Shown here: positions 1 to 8,453 of the stretch, one piece after another
Layout: each line of letters starts with the position of its first letter
Position numbering within the stretch: position 1 is the first letter of the stretch
Assembly (NCBI GenBank): GCA_963713045.1
Contig: CAVQKE010000006.1
Coordinates: 128,001-192,000, forward strand
DNA: 64,000 bases
Source of the DNA: an uncultured delta proteobacterium
Lineage (GTDB): Bacteria > Myxococcota > Myxococcia > Myxococcales > Myxococcaceae
Direction: 5' to 3'
The notes under the pieces: generated by a model
The model's database searches: none
Seen by the model: the letters and a program-made list of their open reading frames with translations, nothing else
Told to the model about the DNA's origin: nothing
Translations under genes and position numbers: made by a program

Positions 1-754
1 CGACCGTTGGGGAATGCTTTCGCCGCGCGCCGGCCTTGGCCGCCCGGCGCCGATGGGCCTGCGCGAGTCGCTCCGTCTCGCGCACCGAGAGGCCAGCCGA
101 GACGACACGCTCGGCCAAGGCCACCCGTTCGGCCTCGGCCGCACCCAGCACGGCACGCGCATGCCCCATGCCGAGCGCTCCCGAGCTGACCAGGGCCTTC
201 ACTGCCTCTGGCAACGCCAGCAGCCGCAGCGCATTGGCCACCGTGGAGCGCTCCTTGCCGACACGGACACTCACTTCCTCCTGTGTCAGGCCGAATTCGT
301 CCACCAGCCGCCGGTAGCCCTCCGCCTCCTCGATGGGGTTGAGGTCCGTCCGCTGCAGGTTTTCCACGAGGGCGAGGCCGAAGGCCTCGGCCTGCGTGAC
401 GTCCCGAACGATGGCTGGAATTTCAAGCAGCCCAGCCAGCTGGGCCGCCCGCCAGCGCCGCTCTCCGGCGATGAGTTGAAACCCCGACCCGTCGCGGCGG
501 ACCAGCACCGGTTGGAGGATGCCCTCGGCTTGGATGGAATCCGCCAGCGCGCGGAGGCTGGCCGTCTCGAAGTGCTTGCGCGGCTGACGCGGGTCCCGGG
601 CGATGCGCTCCACCGGAAGCCGGAGGACGCCGGGCCCGGGGTCGCCGGTGAGTGGAGCAGCCTCCGCCTGGGGGATGAGCGCCGACAGGCCTCGGCCCAG
701 CGCGCGCTTCACAGGCCGGTCAGACGGGGTATTCACCGGTGCGGTGGGGGCCAT
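1..754 (-). CDS. parB: Chromosome partitioning protein ParB (3' end runs off the window)
   Basis: Not in the ORF track; read by hand from ATG at 754: KRALGRGLSALI, QPRKHF, LIAGERRWRAA, ENLQRTDLNPIEEA. Directly follows the parA stop. Confidence 0.96.
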   Translation of the reverse strand, partial: MAPTAPVNTPSDRPVKRALGRGLSALIPQAEAAPLTGDPGPGVLRLPVERIARDPRQPRKHFETASLRALADSIQAEGILQPVLVRRDGSGFQLIAGERRWRAAQLAGLLEIPAIVRDVTQAEAFGLALVENLQRTDLNPIEEAEGYRRLVDEFGLTQEEVSVRVGKERSTVANALRLLALPEAVKALVSSGALGMGHARAVLGAAEAERVALAERVVSAGLSVRETERLAQAHRRRAAKAGARRKHSPTV

Positions 755-755
755 G

Positions 756-1544
756 TCAAGCGGCATGCGGGACGGTGGGGCCGGCCCCCCGGCGCAGAAT
801 CTCCTGCCCCAGCGCGAGGTAGCTTTCGCAGCCCTTGGATTTGATGTCGTAGAGGAGAATCGGTTTGCCGAAGCTGGGGCACTCGGACAGCCGGACGTTG
901 CGCGGGACAACCGCCGAGAAAACCAGCTCCTTGAAGTAACCGCGCACGTCGTCGGCCACCTGGTGGGCGATGTTCGCCCGGACGTCGAACATGGTGAGCA
1001 GGATGCCTTCGGTGGCCAGGCCCGGGTTGAGGCCTCGCTTCACCAACTCCACGGTGTGCATCAGCTGCGAAAGGCCCTCCAGGGCGAAGTATTCGCACTG
1101 CAGCGGGATGAGGACGGAGTCGGCAGCGGTGAGTGCGTTGAGGGTCAACAGCCCGAGCGAAGGCGGGCAGTCGATGAGGACGTAGTCGTACTCCGCAGCC
1201 AGAGGTCGAAGCGCATCCCGAAGGCGGTACTCGCGCCGGTCCAGGCCCACCAGCTCCACTTCCGCGCCAGTCAAGTCGGGCGTCGAGGGGATGGCCGACA
1301 GGAAGCGCAGTTCGGTGCTGTGCACCAACTCCTTCATGGGACGTCCAGCCAGCAAAGCCTCGTACACCGTGCCGTGCAGAGTGTCCCGCTTCAGTCCCAG
1401 CCCGCTGCCGGCGTTGCCCTGCGGGTCCATGTCGACCAGAAGGGTGCGCTGCTCGGATGCCGCCAGGCTGGCCGCCAGGTTGATGGCGGTCGTTGTCTTG
1501 CCGACCCCGCCCTTCTGGTTGGAGATGCAGATGACGCGGCCCAT
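756..1544 (-). CDS. parA: ParA/Soj partition ATPase
   Basis: MGRVICISNQKGGVGKTTT deviant Walker A, DMDPQGN, IDCPPSLG, PRNVRLSECPSFG; start set at ATG 1544 after an AAGGAG RBS. Confidence 0.96.
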   Translation of the reverse strand: MGRVICISNQKGGVGKTTTAINLAASLAASEQRTLLVDMDPQGNAGSGLGLKRDTLHGTVYEALLAGRPMKELVHSTELRFLSAIPSTPDLTGAEVELVGLDRREYRLRDALRPLAAEYDYVLIDCPPSLGLLTLNALTAADSVLIPLQCEYFALEGLSQLMHTVELVKRGLNPGLATEGILLTMFDVRANIAHQVADDVRGYFKELVFSAVVPRNVRLSECPSFGKPILLYDIKSKGCESYLALGQEILRRGAGPTVPHAA

Positions 1545-1624
1545 GCCCCGATGACTCCCTTCCAACTCCAGTGACGCTGGATGCGGGTGGTAGCACGCTC
1601 GGATGACAGGGAGAATTTCTGGGG

Positions 1625-1640
1625 TGTTCCACGTGGAACA
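1625..1640. promoter_or_regulatory. parS site (ParB-binding palindrome)
   Basis: Perfect palindrome TGTTCCACGTGGAACA just upstream of parA. Confidence 0.93.
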
Positions 1641-1661
1641 CCCTGGGGTGGGGGCTGGCTT

Positions 1662-2312
1662 TCAGCCTTCTTCCGGAGGCTTGCGGTAGGCGAGCACGGT
1701 GCGGCCGGCCCCCGACGGCAGCGTGAGGCGATGGACGTCGGGCGGGCCCCATCCGGCCAGCGCTGGCACTTCAAAGCCGCCCCCAGCCATGGCGAGCAGC
1801 TGACCGCCCGGACGGAGGTACAGCCCCCCCAAGGCAACCCATCGGGGCACGTCGCGGAAGGCGCGCGAAACGACAGCGTCCATGGGAGGCAGGCCCTCCT
1901 CGGCGGGCACTCCCTTCAACGTTGCGTGCACCGCCCGGACCCGAGGCGCCAGGCCGAGCCCCGCCACCGCATGCTTCAAAAAGCCGACCTTCTTGGCCAC
2001 GGAGTCGACCAGCCAAACCCGAAGCTCGGGCCGCAGAAGCGCCAACGGAAGGCCCGGGAAGCCGGCGCCCGTCCCAACATCGAGAAGGCTTTGCGACTCC
2101 GCAGCCAGGACCGGAACCAAGGCGAGCGAATCCAAAATGTGCTTGTCGAGAACGTCATTCGGATGCACGATGGCCGTCAGGTTCACCTTCGCGTTCCAGC
2201 GCAGCAGTTCGCTCCCCAGCCAGAACAGCGCCTCGGCGGCGTCCAGCGGGACCTGGACACCCAGCGAGGTAGCACCCAAGCGAAGCCGCTCCAGAAATTC
2301 CGGCTTATCCAC
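1662..2312 (-). CDS. rsmG: 16S rRNA m7G527 methyltransferase RsmG (GidB)
   Basis: WNAKVNLTAI, HILDSL, LDVGTGAGFPGLPLA, VSRAF; likely GTG start at 2312. Confidence 0.93.
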   Translation of the reverse strand: MDKPEFLERLRLGATSLGVQVPLDAAEALFWLGSELLRWNAKVNLTAIVHPNDVLDKHILDSLALVPVLAAESQSLLDVGTGAGFPGLPLALLRPELRVWLVDSVAKKVGFLKHAVAGLGLAPRVRAVHATLKGVPAEEGLPPMDAVVSRAFRDVPRWVALGGLYLRPGGQLLAMAGGGFEVPALAGWGPPDVHRLTLPSGAGRTVLAYRKPPEEG

Positions 2313-2313
2313 A
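2305..2313 (+). promoter_or_regulatory. Consensus DnaA box overlapping the likely rsmG start codon
   Basis: TTATCCACA exact match; a 1-mismatch box TTCTCCACA lies at 2388-2396. Confidence 0.6.
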
Positions 2314-2459
2314 AGTGGGCCGAAAATGGGTCCCCCCAAGTGCCTGTAACCATGGGGAATGTGCCGGTTTGGGGGGTTTCCCCCACTTTCTCCACAATTC
2401 GGGCGGGTGGCGTTCCCTCTGGCTGCTGCAGGACGCTGCAGGCGTCGGCCTCGGAAACA

Positions 2460-2475
2460 TGTTCCACGTGGAACA
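2460..2475. promoter_or_regulatory. parS site (second copy)
   Basis: Perfect palindrome TGTTCCACGTGGAACA, intergenic upstream of rsmG. Confidence 0.93.
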
Positions 2476-2491
2476 CCCCAGCGGAAGTCTG

Positions 2492-2701
2492 TCAGGGCGC
2501 GCCACGGGCGGCGGCCTCCACTTCGGAGCGATGTTCTTCGATGTAGCGCTCGACGGCTTCATCGTCGAGTTCAAGGTCTCTCAAGACGCCGGGGTAGATG
2601 CCGCTGAAGGCCGGGGAGTCCTCGGCACCGCGGAGGCGGAAGCTCATCTTGAGTACGGCCGCGCCGAAGAGGCGGTCCTTCAGCGGCTTGCCCTTCCCCA
2701 T
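2492..2701 (-). CDS. Small hypothetical protein (69 aa)
   Basis: GGAGG RBS before the ATG, 11 bp after the jag stop, helical charged sequence. Confidence 0.75.
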   Translation of the reverse strand: MGKGKPLKDRLFGAAVLKMSFRLRGAEDSPAFSGIYPGVLRDLELDDEAVERYIEEHRSEVEAAARGAP

Positions 2702-2712
2702 GGTGGCCTCCC

Positions 2713-3444
2713 TCAGCCGCCGGACTCGTCGCTGCCTCCCCCCTCATCGACGTCCACGCCCAGCGGGTGTGTCTTACGCGGCATCGGCATCGGCCGGTCC
2801 GGCGTCAGCACCAGCCGGCGCAGCCGGCCTTCCCCTTCCAGCACCGGGCGGACGCCGGCGACAGTCGAGACGGCGCGCACCATCCTGGCACGGTCCTCGG
2901 CCGAGAGCGCCACGACGCCGTAGAAGCGGCCGGTGGTGGCCGAGGCTTCGGCCAGGGCGCGGGCCGCGCGCGTCAACTCGATGTCCTCGGTGACCTCCAC
3001 GGCCTCCTCAGGAAGCGCGCTGCGGCGCGGGGCGGGCGGCCTGTCCACTGCCGCAGGCGCCGCCTCCGCTGGGACCGGACGGGGGGCCATCGGTGGCCGA
3101 AGGCCCTGGGCGGTACCGGGCGGACTGCGGGGCGGACGCGGCCCTCGGGGCGGCGGATGCTCTCCCACGCCCAACGACACCCAGCGGCGTTCGCTTCCAG
3201 GGCGGTGGGTCAGCTTGTTCACCAGAAATTGAAGTGCGTCGACGAAGGTGCCCCGCCGCCCCAGCATCACCCCCGGCAGCTCGACGCCCAACTGCAGCGC
3301 AATGCTGATGCTTCCGTCGGCGGTGTCCTTGACGTCCAGCGTCGCCGGCACGTCGGCCAGGCGGAGCAACTCCCGAAGGACCGCGGCTGCTTCCGCCGGA
3401 CGGTCGGGCGGCAAGGGCCCAGCGCCTTCCACCGGTTCAGTCAC
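2713..3444 (-). CDS. jag: Jag/KhpB-like RNA-binding protein (KH plus degenerate R3H, no Jag_N domain)
   Basis: KH-like GVMLGRRGTFVDALQFLVN; R3H-like EGEGRLRRLVL; GTG start overlaps the yidC stop; canonical position after yidC. Confidence 0.8.
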   Translation of the reverse strand: MTEPVEGAGPLPPDRPAEAAAVLRELLRLADVPATLDVKDTADGSISIALQLGVELPGVMLGRRGTFVDALQFLVNKLTHRPGSERRWVSLGVGEHPPPRGPRPPRSPPGTAQGLRPPMAPRPVPAEAAPAAVDRPPAPRRSALPEEAVEVTEDIELTRAARALAEASATTGRFYGVVALSAEDRARMVRAVSTVAGVRPVLEGEGRLRRLVLTPDRPMPMPRKTHPLGVDVDEGGGSDESGG

Positions 3445-5168
3445 TTCGGCTTCTCCGCGGGCCGTGTCTGGACCCACCGCTTGAGGCTGTAGGTCTGGGC
3501 CACTGTCAGTACGTTGTTGGTGAAGATGTAGAGCAACAGTCCGGCCGGGTAATTCAACATGATGCCCGTGAAGAAGATGGGCATAAACCAAACCATGATG
3601 CGCTGCTGGGCAGCATCCACCGCCATCGGCTGAAGCAGTCCTGTGACAATCTGCGACAGCCCGAGCAGCACCGGGAGGATGTAGGTGGGGTCCTTGAAGG
3701 TGAGGTCCGGGAGGAAGTGGTGGAGGAAGGGCTCCCGGTAAATCTCAAAGCTGTTGCGCAGGGTGGTGAAGAGGGCAGCCCAAATGGGCAGCTGCACCAG
3801 CAGCATCAGGCAGCTGCCAAAGGGGTTGACGCCCGCCTCCTGGTAGACGCGCATCGTCTCCTGCTGCTGCTTCTCTTTGTCATCTTTGAATTTCGTCTTG
3901 AGCGCTTCCAGCTTGGGCTGCAGCTTCTTCATCTTCTCCTGGCTCATCATCATCCGGTGCGTCAGCGGCAGCAGCATCACCTTGACGACCACCGTCAGCA
4001 GGATGATGGCCACTCCCCAGTTCCCCACCACCCCGTGGAAGACGCGCAACACCACCAGCATCAGCTTGCAGATGACGGCCCAGATGCCGAAGTCCACGGC
4101 GCGCTCCAGCCGAGGCGACCAGGCGTTGGGACCGCGGTTGGAAGGCAGCGAGGGGACCGAGGCCAGCACTTCGCTGTCCTTGGGCCCCACGAAGGCACCA
4201 AAACTCTGCGTCACCGTCTCCCCGGGCGGCACCTGCACCGGGAACCACACGGTGGCCTCGCGCGCGACGGGGCTGGCTGCCAGCACGCAGCGGCCCTCGC
4301 GAGGGGTCCCCACCGAGAAGACGGCGGACAGAAAATATTGCTGGTTGACACCGGTCCATGAGACCGCCCCTGGGTATTGCTTCGTCTCGGGCTTGTCCGA
4401 AGGCGAAAGCTTCTGAAACGAGTCCTTCACCAGACAGGCGGCGTCGGACAGGTTGCCGACGCCGCCAAACATGCTCGGCTTTTCCTCCTGGGCCGGGTCA
4501 ATGGCTCGCACTTCATGAAGGCCGAGCTCCCCGGTGAGAGGTTGGCCGGTCAAATTCCTTAAGGACACGCTGACGTTCATCTCGAAGCCGTCCGGACTCC
4601 AGGTGAAGCGCTTGGTGACTTCCCAGGCGGCGGTGCGGCCGACGAAGGTGACTTGGTCCGGCCCTTCGCTGGCGACGGCGTAGCGAAGGTCGGCCGCGAT
4701 GGGCGCCGGGCCGGAGAGAGAAACGGACAGTGGCAGGGGACGACCCACCACCGGCTCGGCAAGGTTCATCTGCGGGGCGGGCGGCACTTCCTTACCGAAG
4801 AGCAAGGCGAAGCCCTCCGGAATGGAGAGGTGGCTGACCTCACGCATTTTCGGACCCTGCAGTTCGGCCGAGGTGAGCCCGGCACCTTCCGTCGACAGAG
4901 AGAAGTGCACCTGGGCGCGCTGGACGTGCAGGGTTCGGGAAGGCACTTCGCTCGAGGTCGGGGCGGCGGAAGTCGGGCCAGGCGCGGCAAGGGGTGTCGT
5001 CGGGGCCACGAAGGGGGCGGCCACGGCCGGGGGCGGGCCAGCGTCCGGGGACAAGGCTTCCGGCTTGGAGGCGCCCGGGCCGCCTCCCGTCACCAGCATG
5101 TAAAGGGCAGTGAGGGCGAAGCTGGCCAGCAGCGCCAGCATCAGTCGCTTCTGCGAGTCATTCTCCAC
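3441..5168 (-). CDS. yidC: Membrane protein insertase YidC
   Basis: VDFG, GNWGVAIILLT, KLQPKLEALK, GVNPFGSC, DPTYILP; synteny with yidD and rnpA. Confidence 0.96.
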   Translation of the reverse strand: MENDSQKRLMLALLASFALTALYMLVTGGGPGASKPEALSPDAGPPPAVAAPFVAPTTPLAAPGPTSAAPTSSEVPSRTLHVQRAQVHFSLSTEGAGLTSAELQGPKMREVSHLSIPEGFALLFGKEVPPAPQMNLAEPVVGRPLPLSVSLSGPAPIAADLRYAVASEGPDQVTFVGRTAAWEVTKRFTWSPDGFEMNVSVSLRNLTGQPLTGELGLHEVRAIDPAQEEKPSMFGGVGNLSDAACLVKDSFQKLSPSDKPETKQYPGAVSWTGVNQQYFLSAVFSVGTPREGRCVLAASPVAREATVWFPVQVPPGETVTQSFGAFVGPKDSEVLASVPSLPSNRGPNAWSPRLERAVDFGIWAVICKLMLVVLRVFHGVVGNWGVAIILLTVVVKVMLLPLTHRMMMSQEKMKKLQPKLEALKTKFKDDKEKQQQETMRVYQEAGVNPFGSCLMLLVQLPIWAALFTTLRNSFEIYREPFLHHFLPDLTFKDPTYILPVLLGLSQIVTGLLQPMAVDAAQQRIMVWFMPIFFTGIMLNYPAGLLLYIFTNNVLTVAQTYSLKRWVQTRPAEKPK

Positions 5169-5174
5169 GTCGGT

Positions 5175-5411
5175 TCAAGTCCTTCCCGCGGCGGGCGGCA
5201 CCAAATCCACGCCGCCTGGGTTGAAGGGATGGCAGCGGCTCAGCCGGCCCAGCGCCAGCCAGCCACCACGAAAGGGCCCGTGCGTGCGCAGCGCCTGCAG
5301 CGCATAGGCGGAGCACGAGGGGTAAAACCGACAGGCGGGCGGCAAAAGCGGCGACAGAAGCCACCGGTACAGGTGGATGGGCACCGCCAACAGGAAGCTG
5401 AGGAGTCTCAA
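5175..5411 (-). CDS. yidD: Membrane protein insertion efficiency factor YidD
   Basis: [10 protein letters not shown] and [12 protein letters not shown]. Confidence 0.95.
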   Translation of the reverse strand: MRLLSFLLAVPIHLYRWLLSPLLPPACRFYPSCSAYALQALRTHGPFRGGWLALGRLSRCHPFNPGGVDLVPPAAGRT

Positions 5412-5770
5412 CGCGAGGCCCTCTCTAACGTCGCCAGCAGCGTGGTGAAGGCCGCCGCCAATTCCCGGCCGGAGGCTTCGCGGGCAGACGGCCGAGCGAT
5501 GACCACCAACTCCACCGGCGGGCAGCTCGCCCGGCGGCGCCGAAACACCTCGCGTAAGTGGCGTTTGACCCGCGCCCGGACGACGGCGTTGCCCACCTTG
5601 CTGGAGACGGTGAGGCCAAGTCGCGCGGTCCGGCCCGCCGCCGGCAAAACCAGTGCGACCAGCGGACCTGCCGACAGCTTCTTGCCCCGCTGCTGCACTC
5701 GGAGGAAGTCGACGCGCTTGCGGATGCGCGCCGTGCGGGGAAAGCCCTCCGCGGCACCAGCGCGGGCCAT
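5408..5770 (-). CDS. rnpA: Ribonuclease P protein component
   Basis: [25 protein letters not shown]. Confidence 0.95.
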   Translation of the reverse strand: MARAGAAEGFPRTARIRKRVDFLRVQQRGKKLSAGPLVALVLPAAGRTARLGLTVSSKVGNAVVRARVKRHLREVFRRRRASCPPVELVVIARPSAREASGRELAAAFTTLLATLERASR

Positions 5771-5788
5771 GGACGTACCGACCCCGGA

Positions 5789-5941
5789 CTACTTCTTTGG
5801 CGCGGAGGCGGCCAACCGCTTCCGCCCCTTCGCGCGGCGGCGCTTGAGCACCGCGCGACCGGCCTTGGTGGAATTGCGCTTGCGGAAACCGTGGGTCCGG
5901 TTCCTGCGCAGCTTGGAGGGCTGGTAGGTACGCTTGGGCAA
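5789..5941 (-). CDS. rpmH: 50S ribosomal protein L34
   Basis: [20 protein letters not shown]...[12 protein letters not shown] start at 5941. Confidence 0.96.
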   Translation of the reverse strand: MPKRTYQPSKLRRNRTHGFRKRNSTKAGRAVLKRRRAKGRKRLAASAPKK

Positions 5942-6121
5942 GGGTCTGATCCGTCCCTTCGGGAGGCGGCGCGCCTTAACGCAAAGCAGTGCGGCCGTCA
6001 ACGAGGCCCGGGCGGAATCCAAGGTGCCTCTTGGGGCGCTTTCAGTTTTTTTCTCGCCCCGTCGGCTTCAGGCGATCGTACAACTGCCGGCCCCGCCCAC
6101 CGGTCCCGAGGCCCCATTCCC

Positions 6122-7474
6122 TTGTCAGCTCCCGCGGAGAAGTCAGCAGGCTCGCCGGACGCCCAACAGCTCTGGGCGCAAGCCCTGGGCATGCTCCGCG
6201 AGGATGGCAAAAGCTACGCGCTGACCTGGCTCGAGCGGATGCAGGCCATCGCTCTGCGCGAGGGCCAGCTTGTCCTGGGCGTCCCGGACCGATTCTTTCG
6301 TGACTGGGTCGATGACCACTACCGACCACTGCTTGAGGAGGCACTGTTGCGCCTGGTCGGGAGCCCGACTGGGGTGGGGTACGAAGTCATCGAGCCGAGT
6401 GCGGCCGATGTCACGCTGCCCGCGGTCCGGGAGCGAAGCCCCAGCAGGGTTCGTCCACCGCGCCTCAACGACCGCTTCACCTTCACCAACTACGTCGTCG
6501 CCGAGAGCAATCAGCTGCCGGCGGCGGCGGCGTCCGCGGTGGCCGAGAGCCCGGGGCGGGCCTACAACCCCCTCTTCATCTACGGGGGCACCGGCCTCGG
6601 GAAGACCCACCTGTTGCATGCGGTGGGCAACGCCATTTTCGGTCGAAACCCGAGCGCCCACATCGTCTATCTGTCCTCCGAGGAGTTCACGAACGAATTT
6701 GTGGAGAGTGTCCGCGATCACCGAATGTCCGAGTTTCGCCGGAAATTCCGAGAAGAATGTGACGTCCTGCTGGTGGATGACATCCAGTTTCTCGGGAAAA
6801 AGGAAGAAACCCAAAAGGAATTCTTTTACACCTTCAATGCCCTGCACGAGATGTCGAAGGCCATGGTGCTGACCTCGGACACCGTGCCGGCGGAGATTCC
6901 GGGCCTGGAAGAGAGGCTCCGCAGTCGGTTCACCCAAGGGCTCATCACCGACATCCAAGAGCCCAACTATGAGACTCGCATCGCCATTCTCAAAAAGAAG
7001 GGCGAACTGGAGGGCTTTGAGTTGCCAGACAACGTCTGTCACTTCATCGCTCGCCACGTCCAGAAAAACGTCCGCGAACTGGAAGGGGCGCTGGTCAAAA
7101 TCTCGGCGGTGCACAGTCTCACCGGGCAACCCATCACCGAGGAATTTGCTGCCCAGGTGTTGCGCGACATTCTTCCGGCGCACCGGCCGGTGGACATCGA
7201 GCAGATTCAGCGCGAGACCGCCCGCTACTACAAGGTTGCCGTTGAGGAGCTGCGTGCCGACCGGCGGACCAAGCATCTGGCCCACGCCCGTCAAGTGGCC
7301 ATGTACCTAGCCCGGCGCCTCACCCGAAGTTCCTTTCCGGAAATCGCCGCCCGCTTCAACAAGGACCATTCCACGGTCATCTCTTCGGTGCGCAAGGTGG
7401 AGCGCACGCGGGAAACGGACGCCCTTGTGCGCAAGGAGCTTGAGGAGTTGGAGGCCAAGCTGGGCGTGCTGTAG
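6122..7474 (+). CDS. dnaA: Chromosomal replication initiator DnaA
   Basis: YNPLFIYGGTGLGKTHL, LLVDDIQF, RLRSRF, NVRELEGAL, DHSTV; start estimated at TTG 6122. Confidence 0.97.
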   Translation: MSAPAEKSAGSPDAQQLWAQALGMLREDGKSYALTWLERMQAIALREGQLVLGVPDRFFRDWVDDHYRPLLEEALLRLVGSPTGVGYEVIEPSAADVTLPAVRERSPSRVRPPRLNDRFTFTNYVVAESNQLPAAAASAVAESPGRAYNPLFIYGGTGLGKTHLLHAVGNAIFGRNPSAHIVYLSSEEFTNEFVESVRDHRMSEFRRKFREECDVLLVDDIQFLGKKEETQKEFFYTFNALHEMSKAMVLTSDTVPAEIPGLEERLRSRFTQGLITDIQEPNYETRIAILKKKGELEGFELPDNVCHFIARHVQKNVRELEGALVKISAVHSLTGQPITEEFAAQVLRDILPAHRPVDIEQIQRETARYYKVAVEELRADRRTKHLAHARQVAMYLARRLTRSSFPEIAARFNKDHSTVISSVRKVERTRETDALVRKELEELEAKLGVL

Positions 7475-7860
7475 CCCGCGCGCGGGGAAGGACAATTCGC
7501 CTGTCCGTTCCACTGCCGTGGCAGCCAGCCAAGCGGTTCCCTGGCGCACCGCTGAGGTTCAACTTGTGGGCAACTTCAGTCTGCCAAGGTAGCCGACATG
7601 CCGACGTCACCTGCGCGACACCTGTGGGGAGGCCTGTGGTGAGTTTTGTCTCGCGCCCGTTCGCTGGGGGCCGAGCGGCCACAGAGGCAAGCCTTCCAGC
7701 GTCTTTGCGGGCATTGCCCCAGCGTCGCCCACAGCCTTCAGGGACAAAACCCTCTTAAGTTTCCGCGGCTTGTGCCGTTTCTCCCCAACCTCAGGGTGAC
7801 TACGGCTTCTGCTAGTGAATTAACAACTCTTATTCAGAGGAGAACCGGTAGGCCCTTGCC
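7475..7860. other. Probable replication origin (oriC)
   Basis: Intergenic after dnaA; degenerate DnaA boxes at 7565, 7623, 7635, 7725 and 7779; CTN triplet run at 7800-7817; AT-rich AATTAACAACTCTTATT at 7818-7834; core gene orientation switches near here. Confidence 0.6.
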
Positions 7861-7867
7861 GCCTGTC

Positions 7868-8182
7868 TTACGGAGACATCGCGATGAGGAATTCCTCAAT
7901 TTGCTGCCGTTGCTCGCCAGAAAGCCTCACCTTCTGGACAGTCATCATCTCTTGCACCAGGGAAGGCCAACGGCTGGCGGGAAATTCCGCAGGCAGGTGA
8001 AGCGCATGACAGCCACTGCATGTCTTGACGTACGTCTTCCTCGCCTGGGTGAGGCTCTCCAGCGTGATGTCCGGTTGTGCCTGCTGTGCGCGCGAGACGT
8101 CCGCCGGCGTGGGTTGCGGCAAGGAAGTGCAGCCACCCACGGCAAGGCTGAGAAGTCCCACCAAACGAAGAGAGCTCGACAT
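7868..8182 (-). CDS. Small monoheme c-type cytochrome lipoprotein
   Basis: Lipobox-like LAVGGC, CSGCH heme motif, distal Met candidates in WPSLVQEMM. Confidence 0.8.
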   Translation of the reverse strand: MSSSLRLVGLLSLAVGGCTSLPQPTPADVSRAQQAQPDITLESLTQARKTYVKTCSGCHALHLPAEFPASRWPSLVQEMMTVQKVRLSGEQRQQIEEFLIAMSP

Positions 8183-8203
8183 TGAGAATGCAACTCATTC
8201 TCA
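8183..8203. promoter_or_regulatory. Fur-box-like operator abutting the cytochrome c start codon
   Basis: TGAGAATG-caact-CATTCTCA perfect 8-bp arms; 14/19 match to GATAATGATAATCATTATC; TTGACA on the minus strand at 8222-8217. Confidence 0.6.
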
Positions 8204-8394
8204 TGAATGGGCCGGTTGTCAAGTGCCTTCCTTGTGGCCACCGACAGCAGTCCCCCCGCCTTGCCATCCACCGACGTCCCAAGGGGTTGTGCTGCAGGCT
8301 CCAGCCCCCGGTGCTTCGCAATTGCCCACGGCAGCGCTGCAGCCGCCCTGCTTGTGTGTCGGAGCGGAAAGCCAATGTTGGCCATCCCGTTTCG

Positions 8395-8424
8395 TTGACT
8401 GGCCCAGCGTGCCAGCGCTACACG
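8395..8424 (+). promoter_or_regulatory. Putative sigma-70-type promoter of dnaN
   Basis: TTGACT-N18-TACACG ahead of the dnaN RBS. Confidence 0.4.
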
Positions 8425-8453
8425 GACGACACCAAGGGGAGTGAGGGAAGGCC

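Noticed and set aside
14..1574. Long plus-strand ORFs (276 aa and 323 aa)
   Set aside because: Antisense shadows of parB and parA, typical of high-GC DNA; the same applies to most overlapping ORFs in the track.
5558..6121. 188-aa N-terminal extension of DnaA
   Set aside because: Overlaps rnpA and rpmH on the other strand; DnaA domain I begins near 6122.
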